DNA from: a virus
Taxonomy: Duplodnaviria > Caudoviricetes
DNA: 38,373 nucleotides
Strand: one strand, 5' to 3'
IMG/VR virus record: IMGVR_UViG_3300027819_000003
Span: 1 to 38,373 of that record
Both the position numbers and the translations under genes were made by a program. Below are positions 35,139-38,373 of this stretch, piece by piece. The notes beneath the pieces were generated by a model. The model made no database searches. It was not told where the DNA came from and saw nothing but the letters and a program-made list of their open reading frames with translations. Position 1 is the first letter of the stretch, and each line of letters begins with the position of its first letter.

Positions 35139-35564
35139 ATGGAGCCGGTACTAGCACTACTGACCATGATAGGGTCAACGATAGCGTGGTTCCTGGGGCG
35201 GCGGATGATGTTGCTCGACCAGCGGGTGAAACTCTTAGCCGTGGCCAACACCGAGGCCGACACGCTGGAACATCTACTGATGGACCTGCGGGAGTGCCAC
35301 GAGATGGGACGGACAATGCTGGCCACGCAGCGCAAGATGGAGGTCGATATCGACGATCTGTTAAGGGCACAGCAGCGGGATAAGGACACACACCAGCGGA
35401 TGATGAGCGACATGCAAAGCCATATCCAGGTAGTCGAGAAGCAGTACGAGGCCACGCTTGGAGAACTGTATACCACGAAGCGAGAATTGATGATCGCCTG
35501 TGAGCGGTTTAGGAATTCCGAAGAGTGGCGCATCGAGCACGAGAAGCAACATAACGGAGGATAG
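35139..35564 (+). CDS. N-terminal TM plus coiled-coil protein (lysis-associated)
   Basis: One TM then a heptad-rich region; AAGGGAG RBS. Confidence 0.7.
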   Translation: MEPVLALLTMIGSTIAWFLGRRMMLLDQRVKLLAVANTEADTLEHLLMDLRECHEMGRTMLATQRKMEVDIDDLLRAQQRDKDTHQRMMSDMQSHIQVVEKQYEATLGELYTTKRELMIACERFRNSEEWRIEHEKQHNGG

Positions 35565-35603
35565 GATGAACGCTAGCGTAAATACCTGGTTAGGGTTAAT
35601 ATT

Positions 35604-35750
35604 TGGCCTATGTACTGTAAAGATATTAAGCAGTGGTGCGATGAGTTAGGCAATCCCAAGTTGCCGGAGCAAGGCAAGAGTGAGCATCACGCACTAGCAG
35701 ATGCCAAGTGGAATAAAGAGGCGTGGGAGTTCTTATCTACCTATAAGGAG
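35604..35750 (+). pseudogene. C-terminal fragment of a DEDDh 3'-5' exoribonuclease (Rv2179c-like)
   Basis: WPMYCKDIKQWCDELGNPKLPEQGKSEHHALADAKWNKEAWEFL carries the ExoIII HxALxDA motif; ExoI and ExoII are absent. Confidence 0.75.
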
Positions 35751-35755
35751 AGTAT

Positions 35756-35956
35756 ATGCCGAGGCAATTCTACCAAAGCCTTGCCCAATTCCTGATAACG
35801 TTCTTCACGGGTCTCCTAATATACCAGCACCCGCCGGCCGACCTCTCGCAGCTTTTGGAGTACGCTTGGCAACCAATGTTGCAGGGAGTGGTTGCAGCAC
35901 TCGGTATATGGGGCGCTTCCAAGATGTCGGCGGGAGGCAAGGAGCCAAAGGTATAA
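35756..35956 (+). CDS. Putative holin
   Basis: 66 aa, two TMs, charged C-terminus, precedes the lysin; AAGGAG RBS. Confidence 0.7.
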   Translation: MPRQFYQSLAQFLITFFTGLLIYQHPPADLSQLLEYAWQPMLQGVVAALGIWGASKMSAGGKEPKV

Positions 35957-35989
35957 ATGGGCAGTCATTGCACGATAGAGGAGGGGAAC

Positions 35990-36946
35990 ATGAAGCTCTC
36001 CACTCACTCTCAAGGCAACAGCGGATGGCCGGCCTTCAACGTGTTGGATGTGCTGGCGAGCCGTGCCGAATACGCCAAGTGGATAGACCCGCCGGCCGCG
36101 GCCGCTCGCAAGGTGCGAGACCTGGGGATAAGGCTTATTGTGAGGCATTATGGTGCGTGGGATAATGACTGGTCTCTGTTCGATCCTGCCGCCTTTGTGG
36201 CAGACTGCCAATCGCAGGAATGGTGGACCTACGCATGGGCCATAGAAAGCCCCAACGAGCCTCATCCTGGCGATACTCTACAGCTCTCCAACCTGGTTAT
36301 CAGACTGGCGAATGAGGGCAAGCAGTGTATCGTCGGCAACTGGGGCACAGGATGGGACGGCGTCTGGGTGCCCGGAGCTAAATACTACGGGTGCCACGAA
36401 TACGGCCGCGCAACACTGCTGGATAGCACCCCCTGGCACGCTCTACGTTACCGTTCGTGGTTCCCCTCAGTGTTGGCTAACCAGCCGGATGCACAGCTTT
36501 TCATTACTGAGTGCGGCGTGACACAGGCGCTGGACGGTGGACCTGACATTGGGTACAGAGCAAACGGCACCACGCCCGCAGAGTATTGGGCCACGTCTCT
36601 CTTGCCTTACAACCGTGAGCTTGAGAAGGACACCTACGTACGCAAGGCTTTTGTCTACCAGTTCGGAGCCAACACTGACTGGGAGACGTTCGAGTGTGCA
36701 GGGACCGAGATAGAACAGTTATTGATAGCCTCGTATAAGGAGGGACTCGCAATGGGGCCAGACTTAAAAGACACATATTCAGCAGAGTTCACCGCATGGT
36801 GGAACGCTGGCGGCTGGCGCAACTTCGCGAGCTTCTTGGTGGCAACGGGAAGCATCGACGCCACGCAGGGCGAGATACGAACGCTGGTCAAAGACCGGCT
36901 AGAGTCCAGCGTCAAAGAAGCCGTTATATTTATGGATGCGCTCTAG
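35990..36946 (+). CDS. Putative endolysin, clan GH-A-like glycoside hydrolase
   Basis: ESPNEP acid/base, CHEYG, LFITECG nucleophile; follows the holin. Confidence 0.72.
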   Translation: MKLSTHSQGNSGWPAFNVLDVLASRAEYAKWIDPPAAAARKVRDLGIRLIVRHYGAWDNDWSLFDPAAFVADCQSQEWWTYAWAIESPNEPHPGDTLQLSNLVIRLANEGKQCIVGNWGTGWDGVWVPGAKYYGCHEYGRATLLDSTPWHALRYRSWFPSVLANQPDAQLFITECGVTQALDGGPDIGYRANGTTPAEYWATSLLPYNRELEKDTYVRKAFVYQFGANTDWETFECAGTEIEQLLIASYKEGLAMGPDLKDTYSAEFTAWWNAGGWRNFASFLVATGSIDATQGEIRTLVKDRLESSVKEAVIFMDAL

Positions 36947-37406
36947 AGCGCGCACGGCCTACCATACGATGTTTTTCAGTCGCGTCTCTGACATTCTCGC
37001 GTTGAGTAGCCAAAAATAAATGAGATGGCCGAACGCATGGAGGATTATCACAGCGGTGACAGACACACAGACCTGGAGGAATTGGGCCAAAATGTATCTC
37101 CCAGGATATGCGATGGGCCTTGCCTCTGTCCAATTTACCGTAACCGTCGGGAGTGCATGAATGAGTCCATATCCAGCACTCTCCCAAAGCAGCTATGTGC
37201 GAAGGGATGGGGCCGTCTTTGTTGACCTTAGCCCAAAAACGTTGGACAAGAGGCAGAGCTTGGAGCTTTCCGCTATGACCATGTATAAAACGCAGGGGTT
37301 GACCTTTGATACGCCCATGCTTTCTGACAGTCGCAGAGGCAAGCTTGGTAACCTGGCCACAGCCGCACTGACAAAGACCGAGGGGAATGGTAGACTGAGG
37401 TTGCAT
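36930..37406 (-). CDS. HNH homing endonuclease 2 (paralog of HNH1)
   Basis: CQCGCG...RFIHGH; RFWAKV...CWIW...AHRISW...VCHRCDNPPCVRPSHLFLATQRENVRD. Confidence 0.95.
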   Translation of the reverse strand: MQPQSTIPLGLCQCGCGQVTKLASATVRKHGRIKGQPLRFIHGHSGKLQALPLVQRFWAKVNKDGPIPSHIAALGECWIWTHSCTPDGYGKLDRGKAHRISWEIHFGPIPPGLCVCHRCDNPPCVRPSHLFLATQRENVRDATEKHRMVGRARSRAHP

Positions 37407-37640
37407 GGAAAGCTAACTCCTTTCTGTGCCACGCTCTGGGCGGTTACAGCCGCGCCAGGGCTTTTGTTATTTAGAACTATTATAACACAAAGAGGTGAGA
37501 CCATGAACAAAGCAATAATGGAGCATGCCCTAAATACTGCATGGGGAATAGCAGAATTGCTAGAAGCATTGAAATCAGAATATGCTCAACAGCTTAAAGA
37601 CGCTGTCATAGCCATTAAGTCTGAGACCTTAGACTCACTC
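36944..37640 (-). mobile_element. Free-standing HNH cassette 2 interrupting the lysin locus
   Basis: Antisense HNH with own promoter and leader plus an AT-rich 48-codon ORF; boundaries inferred. Confidence 0.6.
37407..37487 (-). promoter_or_regulatory. Extended -10 promoter plus structured RNA leader of HNH2
   Basis: TGtTATAAT; CCCUGG-C-GCGG-CUGUAA-CCGC-CCAGAG hairpin; GUGGCAC; AAAGGAG. Confidence 0.75.
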
Positions 37641-37649
37641 CCTTTATAA
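37503..37649 (+). CDS. 48-aa helical ORF ending at a slippery site
   Basis: AGAGGTG RBS; ends CTC CCT TTA TAA. Confidence 0.7.
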   Translation: MNKAIMEHALNTAWGIAELLEALKSEYAQQLKDAVIAIKSETLDSLPL

Positions 37650-37690
37650 GCCGGCCATCGTTCCTGCGCCCGGTCGATGAGCGCTGGCCT
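37640..37690 (+). other. Putative programmed -1 ribosomal frameshift signal
   Basis: C_CCT_TTA heptamer in frame, followed by the stop and a GC-rich hairpin; -1 frame is the M23 frame. Confidence 0.7.
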
Positions 37691-38086
37691 GTGAACAACG
37701 ATAACCTCTTTGGCACACCCGATCCCATCTATACCGAGCTTGGATATTTGGGCCACCCAGGGTGTGACTTCCTGGCGCCGCAGGGCACACCGGTACGGGC
37801 GAGCGCCGACGGTATTTGCACAACTGCCCGGGCTGTCGGCACCGCCGGCCTAATGATACGCTTGGAGCATGAGGCCTACGGTTATGCTACCAGGTATCTC
37901 CATCTCAGTGGCGTTCTAGTTGGTGAGGGGATGCACGTCAAGCGAGGGCAGACCATAGGGCTTACGGGCAACACGGGACTGTCTACGGGGCCCCACCTGC
38001 ATTTCGATGTCTATGACTACAGGGAGTCGGTGCTGAACGGATACGGGCAGAGGGTAGACCCGCTGCCACTATTGGAGGCGATATGA
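37640..38086 (+). CDS. M23 family peptidase (lysis); frame open from 37625, annotated GTG at 37691
   Basis: HPGCD, YLHL, TGNTGLSTGPHLHF, VDPLP with intact Zn ligands. Confidence 0.92.
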   Translation, partial: PFISRPSFLRPVDERWPVNNDNLFGTPDPIYTELGYLGHPGCDFLAPQGTPVRASADGICTTARAVGTAGLMIRLEHEAYGYATRYLHLSGVLVGEGMHVKRGQTIGLTGNTGLSTGPHLHFDVYDYRESVLNGYGQRVDPLPLLEAI

Positions 38087-38240
38087 GCAACATTCTTGGC
38101 GTCATGCTGCTGGAAGATAATAGATATCCCAATAGCGTAAAGCCATCTCTGCCTGATAGCATACTATCCCAGTCCTCTTTATTGGCCCAATGCTGATCCA
38201 GAATAACCTCTTTGTGTATTACGAGCTTGATGGGAATCAC
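37983..38240 (-). CDS. Hypothetical protein, last of the leftward operon
   Basis: GTG after AAGGAG, coupled; 3' end overlaps the M23 gene, so possibly truncated. Confidence 0.4.
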   Translation of the reverse strand: MIPIKLVIHKEVILDQHWANKEDWDSMLSGRDGFTLLGYLLSSSSMTPRMLLISPPIVAAGLPSARIRSAPTPCSHRHRNAGGAP

Positions 38241-38276
38241 TTACTCCTTCCAGCCTTCTGCAAAACCTGTGCTATC

Positions 38277-38373
38277 AGCAAATGTATACAATCCTCTTCG
38301 TGCGGCATTAGGGTAGCCTCTGGATTAGCACCACGATAACCAGCAGCATCAGTCAGCCTACAGCAATCTACGC
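38277..38373. repeat. Terminal direct repeat, right copy
   Basis: Identical to 1-97. Confidence 0.97.

Noticed and set aside
38277-38373. 97-bp terminal repeat as a biological DTR
   Set aside because: It falls in the middle of an ORF that reads through the join; more consistent with assembler overlap of a circular or permuted genome
1-38373. Many overlapping or antisense ORFs in the six-frame track (e.g. 4580-5233, 17956-18705, 25306-25995, 30242-30943)
   Set aside because: Shadow frames of GC-rich genes with no RBS or recognisable motifs

Overview
The window is an apparently complete, circular or terminally overlapping ~38.3-kb dsDNA phage genome. Bases 1-97 equal 38277-38373, and a 105-aa ORF reads through the join. 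It has a podovirus-like virion: TerS, TerL, portal, internal/ejection proteins including a 1511-aa protein, scaffold, P22/T7-type major capsid, adaptor and nozzle-like proteins, and no tape measure or tail tube. A leftward early arm (7713 to 38237 across the join) encodes a Bet-like recombinase, ASCH protein, SLT-like protein, adenine methyltransferase and RusA-like resolvase. There is also a leaderless Cro/CI-like regulator, a MucR-like Zn-finger protein, a replication initiator with internal iteron-like repeats, a second leftward cassette led by an ArdC-like protein, and a lysis region. I see no integrase, DNA polymerase, reverse transcriptase or CRISPR array. The protein styles suggest a monoderm host, possibly Chloroflexota (weak inference). 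The most notable signals are: (1) two paralogous antisense HNH endonuclease cassettes, each upstream of an M23 peptidase domain, sharing an extended -10 promoter and a covarying structured RNA leader; (2) a C_CCU_UUA -1 frameshift that appears to express the lysis M23 domain, in a gene apparently split by the second HNH cassette; (3) a tRNA-like RNA with acceptor, D and T arms and CCA but no canonical anticodon arm; (4) a perfect 24-bp inverted repeat; (5) a 133-bp exoribonuclease-like fragment between 5-bp direct repeats in the lysis module. All family assignments come from motif recognition by eye, not database searches.
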